DNA of 64,000 nt from Yuukianura sp. NJ FZ-2021 (Eukaryota), in NCBI GenBank assembly GCA_046563655.1, contig CM102284.1:992001-1056000 (forward strand), in the 5' to 3' direction. A program made the position numbers and the translations under genes. Each line of letters opens with the position of its first letter. Within the stretch, counting starts at the first letter, position 1. Under the pieces are notes generated by a model, which was not told where the DNA came from, ran no database searches, and saw only the letters and a list, made by a program, of their open reading frames with translations. Below, one piece after another: positions 12,892-25,831 of this stretch.

Positions 12892-13692
12892 GGCTGCTGG
12901 GAGGCAATTATATGATGACTTAAGAAGTTAGTTCCAATTAATTGGAAATAAAACAAACTCCTACCACCAACAGTTTTTTAAAACATGAAACAATTTAGAA
13001 ATTATAGCCACAAAGAAATTTTTGGTGGAAGTAAGGAATATCAAGCGTTGTTTGGGCCTCAAAGTCATTATGGCTACTCAACTGAGCCATCTTGCTTGAC
13101 TACAACAGGTGGCTACACGTAATGGCGACAATTGTCGACCGCTGACTTTGACAACGTAATCAAAAGTGGCAAAAAAGTAGCCACTAAGTGTATTCGCCCA
13201 TTCAAGCAGCAAAGTGGCTACATTAGCGGTTACAATAAAAGTCAGTAAACCTTACTTCAATCAAATTTTAAGTAAAAACCGGTTTAGGTTGTTTGCAGCA
13301 CACTAATACTGTGAAAAATCAGAAAACTCCAAGATCGTATTTTCCACAGCACCGAAACATTAAAGTAACGTTTTTATTTTTTAGATAAAGAGGGCATCCT
13401 AAGATAAAGATAAAGAGTGTACTTTAGATAAAGACGGCGAACTGAACAAAAGTTGGACAGGTCAATTGAATAATTGAGAAAATGAGAGGTTGCGACTTTT
13501 ACTAAAGGGATTGACAGAGGCGTGCATGCTAAAGATTACTTAATTAGCACGAAGTGAGAAAAAAGCTGAGAGGTACATGCAGACAGACGTTCTGAACGCT
13601 TGCGCAGTTCCAAAAGAAAAAGAAATGAAATAATTGTTTGAAACTGAAAACTAGAGAGGGGTGAGGCGTTCATATTTGTCAGAGAACTGACT

Positions 13693-14112
13693 CTAACTGC
13701 AAACCTTCAGTGCTGTACACATTTCATCTATCGAAGGCAAATAATAGTGCTCGTGATAATATGCGATTACTTGATCTCCGTACTGGTTCATGAACTCGCG
13801 ACAATTAGTCCGCAATGTCTTTGGCACGCGTTTGCAAACAAACTCAACGGTTTCTTCGATTTCCTCCTGAACAAGAATAATTCCAAATTAAAAATTAAAC
13901 TAACGAGTTTTTTTAATAACGCTACCCCAAGGTTACTATAGCAACGCTTTCTTAAGACCAACCTTGACGCCACCCACTGGAGCGGTGTCGACCAGCACTT
14001 CATCCAATCTCCCGTAAATAATTTCGCACAGCGTGCACAAATCAATCTCTCGGGCGGGAATGCACGTCAAAACTGAAACCAGCAATACACAAATTAGTAT
14101 AAGACCCTTCAT
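13693..14112 (-). CDS. Secreted single-domain saposin-like protein (SAPLIP), 107 aa; exons 13963-14112 and 13693-13866
   Basis: MKGLILICVLLVSVLTCIPAREIDLCTLCEIIYGRLDEVL...EEIEETVEFVCKRVPKTLRTNCREFMNQYGDQVIAYYHEHYYLPSIDEMCTALKVCS: signal peptide plus six-Cys saposin-B spacing; phase-0 GT-AG intron. Confidence 0.88.
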
Positions 14113-15074
14113 GATGCCAATTCAAATGACGTTCTGGAGAGATCCGAAGATCCCGAAGCTTTTAAATCTTTTTGAAAATGAAGAGTTAAGGCAAAAAATG
14201 GGCAGGGCGTCGAATTTTTAGTTTGGCAAGAGTTCGTCAACCCCGAAGTCGCAGGTTGCGAAATTTTGGACAAAACGTTAACCTCTTTATAATGCACCAA
14301 AACTACTTCATGCATCGACCTTGTCTGTTTGTCTGTTCGGCAAATGCCAGAACCTGCTCAAGATTTCAAGGATCTGTTTTCACTGAATTAAAGGCGGAGG
14401 TCCCCTGGATGCTCACTATTGAATATCATTTCGGTGTCCCAACTCCTTCTGGGTCAAAGGTCAAGGTCAACGTGTTTCATCCCCAGCATCGTGGAAAATG
14501 ACCTGTACGAGAGTTTGTTCACTTCAACGTGACCAACAACTTCTGTGTACATCACATTATCCCAAGTGACCTCCTTCCGAGTCAGGTCAACTTTTTTTCC
14601 AGTTCTTAACTAGGGAACATTATGACTTACACTGGTGGTCCGGTTTAAGGACGGATTAGCGATTGTGGCGTCATCCTTCGCTACTTGCGTACACTCCCGG
14701 GCAATAACCGGAGTAGATTTTGTTATTTATGCCTAGTCATGTGCCGAGTTGTGCGTGCTTTAATCTGGATTTTACGTAAGGAAGTTCACTCACCCTTGCA
14801 CAAGCGCAGAACTTTAATACTCTTTTAAATCTGACACAAACGTTGCCCAAGTCCACGTATTTTAATTAGTAGTTTGGCAAGCGAAGACACGTTTTTAGAC
14901 GCTATTATTCTATCTTTTCTTTTCAGCTATGTTATGAATACAACTATTGTAAATAATAAACAGAGCTGTTGCTACTAATTGGCTATTGTTTGTTTTTTAA
15001 ACTATTAAAAACAAATATTTTTATTTGTTCCTTCATTGCATTTTGACGTATTGTATGCAAATTGAGGGAAAACG

Positions 15075-17056
15075 TTAACTTGTCTTAATTTTTTGTGCGG
15101 TCCTCAATGGATTCCTACTAAAGGCAGTGAAAAATTTGAAAACTTTTTTCAAAACATAAACTAATGCAACCATTGTACTGGTAATCACGAAAGCAAAAAA
15201 TGCCCAAACGTCGAGGCACTGTGCTTGAAACCAATAGAAATCTCGTATTTTGGCGGGCTGTAGCGTTGACATGTCGTGGCGGAGGGCATACTCTGTCCAG
15301 AAAACTGCAGTTTCCAACGGAGTGTTAATTTGATCACGCAATTGGTTCCTCACTTTCTCCATTTGCTCGCGGTAACTAAAATTCAAAATTTGGTTGGGCG
15401 GTAAATTCAAAATTAGTTTTGCCACCAAAATGCAATTGCCGCCCTTTACTGTACTTAGAACCAGTGTTTGTTTTCTGCATAACTAACCTGTTGTTGCTTA
15501 GCAACTCTTCAATTGCTGATTTCAATTTTTCCCGCGTGAGTCCATACGGTTCTAACTTAATTCCACGTCCATTTCTCTGTAATCGGTTAGCATTGTACTC
15601 TTGCTCTGCAAAAACTGGCATGATGATCATTGGTACTGCGTTCATAATTGCCTCCTGCAATCCCAGCAGCCCACCGTGTGATATGAAGCCTCTGCATTTC
15701 GGTGACGCTGTGATTTGATTTCAAAATTGCATTTTGAATTTTTGAAAATTTTCAATTTCGTATTTTAGTTTTACCCAAAATGTCCTTCTGTGGCATCCAG
15801 TCTTGAGTGAAAACGTTTTTGGGCATGACCACTCCTTCCGTCGGTTTGCGTTTCCATAACACCCGGACGTTCATTTCAGAAAAAACTTGGACAAAAGTAT
15901 TTTGAAATTCAATTGGCGCGTTGTGAATACTCGCTTCGCCCCCAAAACTAACGTAAATGAACCCGTTTTCGCCACTTTCTTCAATAAATTTTGAAATACT
16001 CTGCAAAAATTTCGAAAACAAAAATTTTTTTCAAAATAATAAGAAATTAAGAATTTCAATTAAAAAAAATTGAAACCACTTCACTTTTGGTGTAAAGTCA
16101 AACCTGCGGAAGTTTTTCAGGTTTGTAGTCCCAGACATGCAGAGCCGGAACTGAAAATAAAAGATTTTCAAAATTTTGAAATTTTTGGAATTTTCAAAAA
16201 TCAAAAAAAAACTTCACTATATGCTACCTGCAACAAATTTTGGCGGCAATGATCTTGCTTCTTCTTCACTGAAATGCCCGTTGTAGAAAACCAGCGCCGT
16301 TTTTTCTTGCATATCTCTCACTGGTGGCAAATTTGAATCATTCAGCCTCTTTTTCAAAACTGCATCAACTCCCGGGTAATAAATCCACTCTTTAATCAAA
16401 TGAATTGATACCATAACAAATATATTTTTGACCCGGTCTATAAAAGTCATTGGCATTTCAAACGGAATCATCAAATCGGATATCCATGGTTCAGTGGTGC
16501 CTAAAAACCCGGCCGTTTCTGTTCCCCAGATTCCTGTAGGAAGAGCCGTAAAGTAAACAATAGTCTTTGCTCCCCATTTATGCGCAAGTCCATAAGCACA
16601 GTCGTTAAAAAGGGCATCGATCACAACCAGGTCAAATTTGGATGTTTTTACAAATTCTTCTACTTCTGGATCAGCTAGTGTCGTTTCACAAAAATCGGCT
16701 CCCATCATTGCAAAATAGACGCAGTCCCAGGAGATACTGGACGGACCATATTTGACCCGAAGTTTCAAATATTCGTTTTCAGATGTCATGTTGCCATCGT
16801 CGTCACTCGGGTGATCCCATATACTTTCTAAACTTTTAGGAAAAAATTCGTGGACGGCGGGATTCGGATGTTTCGGTTCAAAAATGTGGAAAAAAGTGAC
16901 ATTGTGACCTCGGGCGGCCAAGGCTTCCACGAGTGGCCAAACGGCAATTCGGTGTGAGTAGGAAGACAGAACGTGGTAGAATAAAATATTTGCACTTTCT
17001 GAAATTTGGATTTTGAAAATAAAAAGTAAAAAGGAAACAAAACTGAGGATTTTCAT
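15075..17056 (-). CDS. UDP-glucuronosyl/UDP-glycosyltransferase, multi-exon
   Basis: Signal peptide, SYSHRIAVWPLVEALAARGHNVT, KFDLVVIDAL, GFIYVSFG, UGT signature WMPQKDIL..FISHGGLLGLQEAIMNAVPMIIMPVFAEQEYNA, C-terminal TM and KIKTS tail. Confidence 0.95.
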
Positions 17057-17918
17057 TTTAAAGTTTAAAAAATTGGACTTTTGAAGTTTCGAAACACTCA
17101 AGTTTTTTAACACTTTTTTTTGCAATGCTCTTGTCCAGTGTCAACTCGCTGAATGCGACGCTGAGTGTGATCATGAGTGACGCGATTTTTAGTAAGAGTT
17201 GTGAAATTTTCACGAGTGTAATAGTTTCGGACGAACACAGTTAAGAGCAAGGTCACTTTTGCACTTTTTATTTTTCAAGGTCATTTTGTTTGTTCATAAT
17301 TTATGCCAAAAACTCAACAGGTTATTCTATTTGTTCATAATTTTGACAAAAAAAATCAAGGGAAAGAGATTGTGAAGTGTCATTATCAATGTAAACTGAA
17401 GGAAATTGCTTTTAATCGTGATCGACAAATAGCAAAAAACTCGTTGAACAAATTCTCCTTGTACTGGAAAGAGTGTGGTCCAAAACCATATCAAAAGCAA
17501 GAGCATGCCATTTCATCGAATGAATTACTACGAAGTGAATTTTGCCGAAACCAAAGTTCAATTATCCCGAAGCGAATTACAACGAAAGTTCAATAGACTT
17601 CAAACAAGTGTCGAGGAGAATATCATTTTCATATTCATGAACCATACAAATTGACTCTTTTGCCCGAAAGAAAAGCGATCACGAACATACAAAGCAAAAC
17701 TTTTTGAAATTATTTGTTTGGTAATTTATTAAATTTTAATATATTAATTACGACTAAACTTTGGTGCTTGTGTATATGTCAAACATTTACTCCTGTTCAA
17801 CAACCTCTATATGTATGTTCAATATATAATGAGTAAATTATTTTTAAACTTATAAACTCCAATACCCGGATGTCTTTAGCACGAACTATCTTTATGTCAT
17901 ACGCTTTGAAACGAGAGA

Positions 17919-20871
17919 ATGGAGGTGACCACTTTTTTTCGCTGTGTGCTTATTCAAAATTTTATTTTCATATTTCATTTGCAAATTTTTTCACTTGCAC
18001 AGCATATTGTAGTATCAGTCGGTTTCAAGATCAATAGAAATTTGTACTTGGATTTAAATCCACTATTGACGCCTCTCAAATCCTGTGACATTCAATTGTG
18101 CTTTGAGTCTTTTGAATTGGCTGATGTCCAACTGGATCCCATTGTGTATCCACTTTCAGTTTTCTTTGTTCAACACGACTTTAGAACAAATAGATCACCA
18201 CCACCGAAAGCAATCGTTCGCAGACGACGAGGTGAATTTTGCCAGCTATTCCTGTTAATTCCTGCCCGATTGAACACTGTCAAACAACTGGAGGCACTTA
18301 TTCACACAAGAGTTGGATACCTTGACCCTAAGTACCTGACTGTTGAACTTCCTTCATACATTTTTCTATTTTCATTTCACAGTGAGAGGTACCCTCTCCA
18401 AAAATTCTTTCGGCCTCCATCAAGTTCAAATACTTACAACGTTCAAATTGAAAGCAGAGGTGAGCGCCCGCTCATATTTTTAATACCCGCCCGGACCACG
18501 CCCGCTCTGATTTTCGCCCGACCACGCCCGCGCCCGATGGGCAAGTGAAAAAAAAAATCCCGACCGCCCATCGGGCGCCCGAAAATTCCCGATGCCCGAA
18601 ACATAAAATGACGCATTGCCAACTTTTATGGTTTTATTGTAATTTGCGGAGCTTCCTTGGTTACTAAATTAATACTCATATCAATAGCTAGATGTTATTT
18701 AATATTGCAGTGGATAAACGTTAATTCTTTTGATAAATTACTTTAATATAAAAGATAAATTGTCTTTTAAGTTTGGAAAACTCAGTTCAACCGGGTTTTA
18801 GGGGGCTTTAAGAGTTCCACACGTGGAAAATGGCGATGCAGATCTGGAAAAATTATCTTACTCTTTGATTTTAGCATGTATTTTTGCACTTCGGGCTATT
18901 TCGGGCGCCAGATTCCCGCTCATGTCTGTGGCCTCCCGCGCCCGTTCCCGCCCGAAAAACCAAACTGCACCGCCCGCCCGCCCCGAGACCACGGGAATCC
19001 CGAAACTTCGGGAGTATTTCCGGGAATCCCGGTCGGGCGCTCACCTCTAACTGAAAGGAAATTTATTGTATTTTACATCAACGAAGAACCAACTTTGCAC
19101 CAGCGAATTTTCCAGTTGCGAATCCAATGGATCCAAGTTTCATGGAACTCCTTTCATACGCTTGTGCCAAGATCATATGAGAGCACTGAAGAGAGTTACT
19201 TCTACTCATTTGACTCAATCCAGGAAGTGCTCCAGACACTTTTTGATTCCTTTGGAAAAGTCATGTATCCTAAGAATTTAAATAGGGCATACAATGTTAA
19301 CAACATCAAAGACTTTTGGAAAACGCCATTTGAAAAACTGGACAAAAGTTATAGCCACTTCACAGTGGTGGAAATGATGGTCAAAATTCTTTACGAAGAC
19401 ATTGTGTACTTGGAGGACTACAAGCCAATACAGAGTCCGCATGTCACGTTTGCAACAATTTATCATCCCTTAATTGCAAATCGGTCGTTCATGGCTGAAG
19501 GAATGTCAAAGTTAGCAGATGTAGAACCAACCAAACATACCTGGATAGTTATGTTCCAATTTTCAAGTTGGAACTTCGCCGTGTGCTCAAAAACTAACAA
19601 AATTTTGTCGTTTAAGATGTACTATTCTCCGTTCGACTCTACCTATTGGATCACTTACATCCCAATACTCTGTATTTTCCCAACGTTTTTGATTTTCCTC
19701 TATTTCAAAAAAAGTTCAAAACCGCGCTCAAATTCATGGAATTTTGTGTACAACATTTGGGCCATCACAATTGGCACGCTTCTTGAAACAGCTCCAGATC
19801 CCAATGCTCAAATCATTTCAAGCGTTACACTACATCGCATTTACCGCATTCTGTTTGGTATGTGGGGAATTCAAGCCTTATTTGTTGTCAACTCCTATCG
19901 GAACCATTGGGCAGTAGACCAAATTGTTCGGATTCAAGCTGTGGCACCATTTAAACATTTCCACGAAATGGAAAACACTAAATTTTACGTCTCGTCGGAG
20001 CTCAACAACATTTTATTCCACGGTGGTGCATCTGCATTCTACGGAGCACATAAGTACCGAATCGACTTAGAGTTTCCTCATTTCAACTTATGCTTGTCAA
20101 ATGCGTCAGCTGAATCTAACTTAGGTATTCATAAAGATGAATATATTCATCTTTATGACGTGGTTAGAAATTGTTCACAACTCCAAGAACTGGCGTTGTC
20201 GCATGGAATGACCAAAATAAGTGACCTCAAAGATTGGGATCTACTTGTAGGCCCCGCTGTTGATACAAAGGAAAACCAAGAGGGCAAACTTCCTCGAGTG
20301 TTTTTGTACACAACACAACTGCAAGAAGCATCAGACGTTTACGAAAAAGTGTCAACTTGTGATAAGGTGGCACTCGTAGAACATAACGAAGTCATCAACA
20401 CGTTTATGGAATACAGTAAATACAAATCCAGAGAAGTCAAATTTCATAAAGGGTTAGGAAGAGCGTTCGGACAGCCAATGGCATTTGTCTTTAGAAATTG
20501 GAATCCAGAGTACTTTTACAGGAGGATGCAGAGGATAATGCAATCTGGAATTTACCAAATCTGTAACAAGTATTTGGGCAATGGCTATACAGACAGATGG
20601 GGAAAAGCATTGCATGACGTCAGAAAAAATCAAACGAATCACGAAATGGCACCTCTCGCTATTAAGTTGGAAGGTGGTATACGTATATGCTGCGGGAGTG
20701 GCAATTACAATTGCAGTTGGTGTAGCAGAAATCATTTCGTCCTGGAACCGAAAATGTTTTGCCGCAATTTTGAAAAAAACACGCCTCAAATTGAAACTTA
20801 ACATATCGGTTTCCGAATTTGACATCCTCAATTTCTGTGCATATATACAAATATGGTTAAGAAGAAGGTAA
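17919..20871 (+). pseudogene. Intronless divergent ionotropic-receptor-like chemoreceptor gene, disrupted by a MITE (18455-19049) and a frameshift near 20650
   Basis: ORFs 17919 and 18876 are in the same frame and join as VQIERKFIVF when the element and one target-site copy are removed; IR-like motifs YYSPFDSTYW-TM, RILFGMW...NSYR, RRMQRIMQSGIY; the last TM (WKVVYVYAAGVAITIAVGVAEI) is in the +1 frame. Confidence 0.7.
18455..19049. mobile_element. hAT-type non-autonomous element (MITE), 595 bp
   Basis: TIRs CAGAGGTGAGCGCCCG / CGGGCGCTCACCTCTA; 8-bp target-site duplication ATTGAAAG / ACTGAAAG (7/8); GC-rich subterminal CGCCCG repeats around an AT-rich core. Confidence 0.85.
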
Positions 20872-21585
20872 GGTGTTTGAAAAATTGAAAATCATATGCA
20901 GGCTTGCACGGACGGACAGACAGACAGACAGACAGACACGGACAAAAACATAAAGTAACTCATGCTTTCGTTAGTTAATAAAAGTAAAAAGGGCGAAACA
21001 TTCGGCTAGGGTCGGATTAACGTTAACCCACCATTTCGAACAACGTTAGCACGTTAACAAACAAATTCGAAGATTAAAATTTTTTTTAAATGAAACCGCA
21101 TCATGAATTGGCTTCAAAACAAAACGTTTTTAAAAGTTACTAACGTAAAAAAAAGTACAGATAAAATTGAAAAGTAAATGAAACTTGTAGTGTGTCGGCG
21201 TTGCAAAAAGTATGATTAGGAAAATTTTTTAACAAGAAACTTTATCTGTATGGTGATAAATTAATAGAATCCAGAAGTTGTGGAATGGCACTAATTTCGT
21301 GATCTAAATTTCCGTGTAAAAACAATCAATTATCAAGTATTCTGCTGTTTTTTCATTTTTGCAATGTTAAATCTAATCTTGTACCAAAGTTGTAATCACA
21401 TCCTGTACAATGTACAAATTTCCCCATAGAATTTAATTTTTTAAATCCTTAGTTAGCTTGGTCTCCACGCATCAAGTCCAACTCTACTTCGCAAAAGTTG
21501 CAAAAACGTAGTTAACCTAACGTAGTATCTCGAAAACCTAACAAACCTAAAGTTTTAACCTAAAACCTAACCAGCCTCAGCTACA

Positions 21586-22765
21586 ATGGACGAACAACAA
21601 CAGCTTTACCTAATATATTTAGTCTTTGGCATTGCAATGCTGATTCTACTCATTCTCATCATTGGTTTGTTCGTTAAGCTTGCAAGGTAACTCACATTCT
21701 TCCACACTGCTTAAACTTCTTCACTTAAGTATTCCAGAAATTTAAGTAGCGGTACATTCGAAAATTTTCGCATCTAAACAAAACGTTTATGCCTAAAAAC
21801 TCCAAATTTCACTAACTTTTTACGACATTGAACTCCAAGGTTTAGCAACAAAAATAGTTTTTTTTAATAGGTTAGGCAATAAGTTCCCGTTTCCAAAATC
21901 CTGGTTGCAAACATTTTTCCTCCTTGATTGAACTTGTTTGTCGCTCTATTTGTGCAAGAACTTAAAAGTTTGCAACAACCGCAACTTTCGAATTGAAGAA
22001 AAAAAAAGCTGTGAAAATTTCAATTGAAATGAAAGTTGCTCATATGTATTTTAATTTTTGAAATTTTGAATAGAAAAAAAATGGCGACTTATTGCCTAAC
22101 CTGCTAACAAACTATTTTCTTGATTACGAACCTTGCTCGACAAGCATTATGAGTAAGGACTTTAAAACGCAAAATTTTTGCTAATACTTCCGTAAAATTT
22201 GCTTTACAGCCTCAGCAAGGAACTGAAGTTGGCACAAGCACAAGCATTCAGACCGCAACCACAGCAGCAATTCCGGCAAGGTCCAGCGCCTGCTCAGATG
22301 CACAGCAACGCTCCAGGGCCACAGAACCTAGGTTATGCTCGAGGTAATGAAAATGACGAATTGGCTCGGCGAGGCTACTCTGTCTACTCTCCTTCTTCAC
22401 CAGGTCAAGGTCAAGGTCAACGTCCAGGTCAAGGTCAACTGCAGCAACGCTATGACGATCCACGCCAACAATCCGCCCCACGCGAACCCCCTGCCCCACC
22501 TCCCAAAAAAGGTGGATTCTTTAGTAAGTTTGGTAGCAAGGTGGTGCAGAGTGACGCCTTTGGTGCAGTGGCCAGTGGTCAAATCGACGTCGGTGGAGCT
22601 GTGGGCAACCTTGGTGGTTTCGTGGAAAATGATGCCTTGGCTGGTGTTATGGAAAGTCAACTGTTTCAAGCGGGAGTCAGCGCTGCAGTGGAATACGGAG
22701 CTAACAAAGCTATTGAAAGAAACAGTCGACAACAACAAGGGGGCGGATATGGCGGATATTACTGA
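21586..22765 (+). CDS. Orphan single-pass membrane protein with Gln/Gly/Pro-rich tail; exons 21586-21686 and 22210-22765
   Basis: MDEQQQLYLIYLVFGIAMLILLILIIGLFVKLAS splices in phase (GTAAC...TTACAG) to LSKELKLAQAQ...GGGYGGYY. Confidence 0.7.
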
Positions 22766-23679
22766 AAAGTTGATCGGTTTTAGAAAATTTTTAAATTTAA
22801 AAATTTAGTGATTCAAAAAAAAAAGTTAAAGTGGATGCAAAAATAATTAGACGAAAAATGTTTTCAAAATTTTAAAACCAGCTTAATACAAAAATTTGAG
22901 CCCATTTTCATTTTTTTGGTTAATAAAAAAATTTTAGTTTGAGTCTATGGTTTCCTCCCTGCACAAATTTTTGCAAGAAAACTTTTTTTTACATTGCAAA
23001 TTCCTCTTTATACTCCGAAACACTTCAGAGTTACACCGCTGGGTGGAGCATTTATCACGTGACCTTCACTTTGATAAGCATTTAGGCTCCACCCCCTGGA
23101 GTCACACTTTAGTGGAACAGACTATAGTCTAAAAATTATTAAGCAGATGACGCCTGCGCAGTTGTACTTTCCTTAGTCTAATTTTAGTCACTGAAGAAAT
23201 TCTAGCCTTCGACTGTCCTATTTGCAGTTGCTTCTATTTTTGGGCTTGGAAGACTCGGAATGCAGAGATTCTGGGTCTAGTCAGTGGAGAGACTGGATCC
23301 GAATCGGAGTTAAGCCCAGATTCACTTCAAGTCAACGCTCCACCCGCACTTCCTTTTCTCTTGTAAGCATTTTCAAACAAAGTTCAAATTTTCGAAGAAT
23401 TCTTTCAAAAAAAAAGTTCAAAATTTGAATTCCTACTCGCTAAACTTACTTTCTGTGATTAAAAACCAAAATTAAAGTTTTTGAAATCTACACTACCGGA
23501 TTTTGATTTAAATCATTCTAAAAAAAATTTAACCGTTCAACGAAAGTTTAAAATTTTTGGAATTTCAAGTTTTTGGTTTGGATGATTTCAAAAAGCTAAG
23601 TTTTAGACTACATTTTTTTTTGAATTTTTGGAATTTGAAGTTTCGCGGTAGCCGTTGGTGACCAAATAAGGTAGGCAAG

Positions 23680-25311
23680 ATGGACGCCATTAAGAAGAAG
23701 ATGCAGACGATGAAGGTGGACAAGGACAACGCCCTGACCAAGGCGCAGAAGTGTGAGGAGGAGGCAAAAGAGGCCAATGCGCGTGCGGACAAGACGGAGG
23801 AGGAAGTCAGGACGCTGCAGAAGAAAGTTCAGCAAGTGGAGAATGACTTGGATCAAGTCCAGGAACAACTCATGGCAACCAACACAAAGTTGGATGAGAA
23901 GGAAAAGGCTTTTCAAAATGTAAGCAAAAATGCATATTTTTAGATTTACGAAAAAAATTAACCATTTTTTAGAATTTTGCCTATAAAATGCAAAACTGTA
24001 AAAATTCCGGTGAACTTCGAGCTTAAAAATCTGTCATAACTAGACAAAAGACTGGAAAAGTTGATGAATTTTAATGGAGTTGCATTTTGTAGTGAGATTT
24101 TGTGCTGCTAAGTCAAGGTGTATTGTGGTTTTGGTTCTGCGCAGCCAGGGTTTTATGTATTTTGGTTTCTGCGCAGGCTGAGTTGGAAATTTCTGCCCTC
24201 CACCGTCGTATTCAGCTGATTGAAGAAGACTTTTCTCGATCTGAGGAGCGTCTTGCCAATACCACCTCAAAACTCGCCGAAGCAACCCAACTTGCCGATG
24301 ATTCCGAACGGTATTTTCAAAAAGAAAATTCAAAATTTTGAATTTGAGTGTTCAAAATTTTGAAATCAAAAATGGTCTCTTTTTAACAGTGCCCGAAAAC
24401 TTTTGGAGAACCGTGCCATTATTGATGAAGAGCGAATGGATGCCCTGGAAAATCAGCTGAAAGAGGCTAAATTCATGGCCGAGGAAGCTGACAAGAAGTT
24501 TGATGAAGCAAGATTTCAAATTTTTGGGCGATAAAATAAAATTTCAGTTTTGGTGCCAAAAAATTTAAAGTTTTTAAAATTTTTTGCTTAGGTTGCCCGT
24601 AAATTGGCCATGGTTGAAGCCGATCTGGAACGAGCTGAAGAGCGAGCTGAGTCTGGAGAAAAGTTAGTAAAGAGTTGGCAATATTTTTTAAATATTGAAA
24701 AAATTTCATTGCTTATGAATTATAAAAATTACTTTTTTCTAATTCCCAGCAAAATCGTTGAACTGGAAGAAGAACTTCGAGTTGTTGGTAACAATTTGAA
24801 GACACTCGAAGTTTCAGAAGAGAAAGTAAAGTTTCAAATCAAAATTCAAAATTTTGAAAACGCATGACCTACACTGTTAATTTTTTTTCCTATTTAACAG
24901 TCGAGACAACGTGAGGACGAATACAACGAACAGATCAGAAGCATGACTGCCAGACTAAAGTTGGTAAGTAAAAAAAAAGTTCAAAATTTTATTTTTCAAC
25001 ACCCGTTTGCTCCTTTTTTCAAAATTTTTCACTTTTTTTGTTATTTCAAATTCATAGGCTGAGACCCGAGCTGAATTTGCTGAGCGTTCTGTACAGAAGT
25101 TGCAGAAGGAAGTTGACCGAGTGGAAGGTAAGATTTCAATTGCAACTAAAACTAAATTTGGGAAGTTTTTTTTGGTTAGAATCAGAAATCGAAATTTTCG
25201 AAATTTCATACGGTTTGAAATTCTTTTTCAGACGAGTTGGTTAACCAGAAGGAACAATACAAATCCATTTCTGATGACCTGGACGTGACCTTCACCGAAC
25301 TCATTCACTAA
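23680..25311 (+). CDS. Tropomyosin, 283 aa; exons 23680-23919, 24177-24310, 24390-24507, 24592-24662, 24750-24825, 24901-24963, 25058-25127, 25232-25311
   Basis: [86 protein letters not shown]; exons total 852 nt; intron 3 uses a GC donor. Confidence 0.96.
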
Positions 25312-25831
25312 TCAATAACAATATCAATTGCCACAATCTTCGGAGAGTTCTGAATTTGTAAAAATCTTGTGAATTTCCTTCTTTCAACTCTAAATAAAAT
25401 CGAATCAGGCTTATTCTACATCGGAATATCCGTCTTCAATTGTTTGTAACAATTTTTTCCGAATCATGATGTCACGTAACACGTAAGAGTGAATTAAAAA
25501 AAAACAACTACAAATTGAAAAACTTTTAATATATGGATTCTAATAACCAAAGTTTATTGGAAACGCATCAGAACACAAGCTTGACGTAAATTCTTAACTC
25601 GGTTCTCACTAAAATTTTTTCCAAAAACAAAAAAATAGATGTTTTAATTTCATGTTCAAAGTTTCAGAAAAATTGGCCGATGAGCAGAAAAGTTTTTATC
25701 AGAAAAAATTCTACTGAAACTAAAGTCAAAGCAAAGGCCAGTACTGTTAAATTTTTAAACAACTTGAGCTAACTTCGTTTTTTAAAAAGCCCGTTTTGTA
25801 TCATTTTTTCATCATTCTCGTAAAAATCAAA

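Noticed and set aside
18455..19057. Introner hypothesis: the MITE has a donor-like AG|GTGAGC and ends near CTAAC...AAG
   Set aside because: Splicing 18460-19057 (598 nt) or 18460-18874 (415 nt) is out of frame, so neither restores the ORF.
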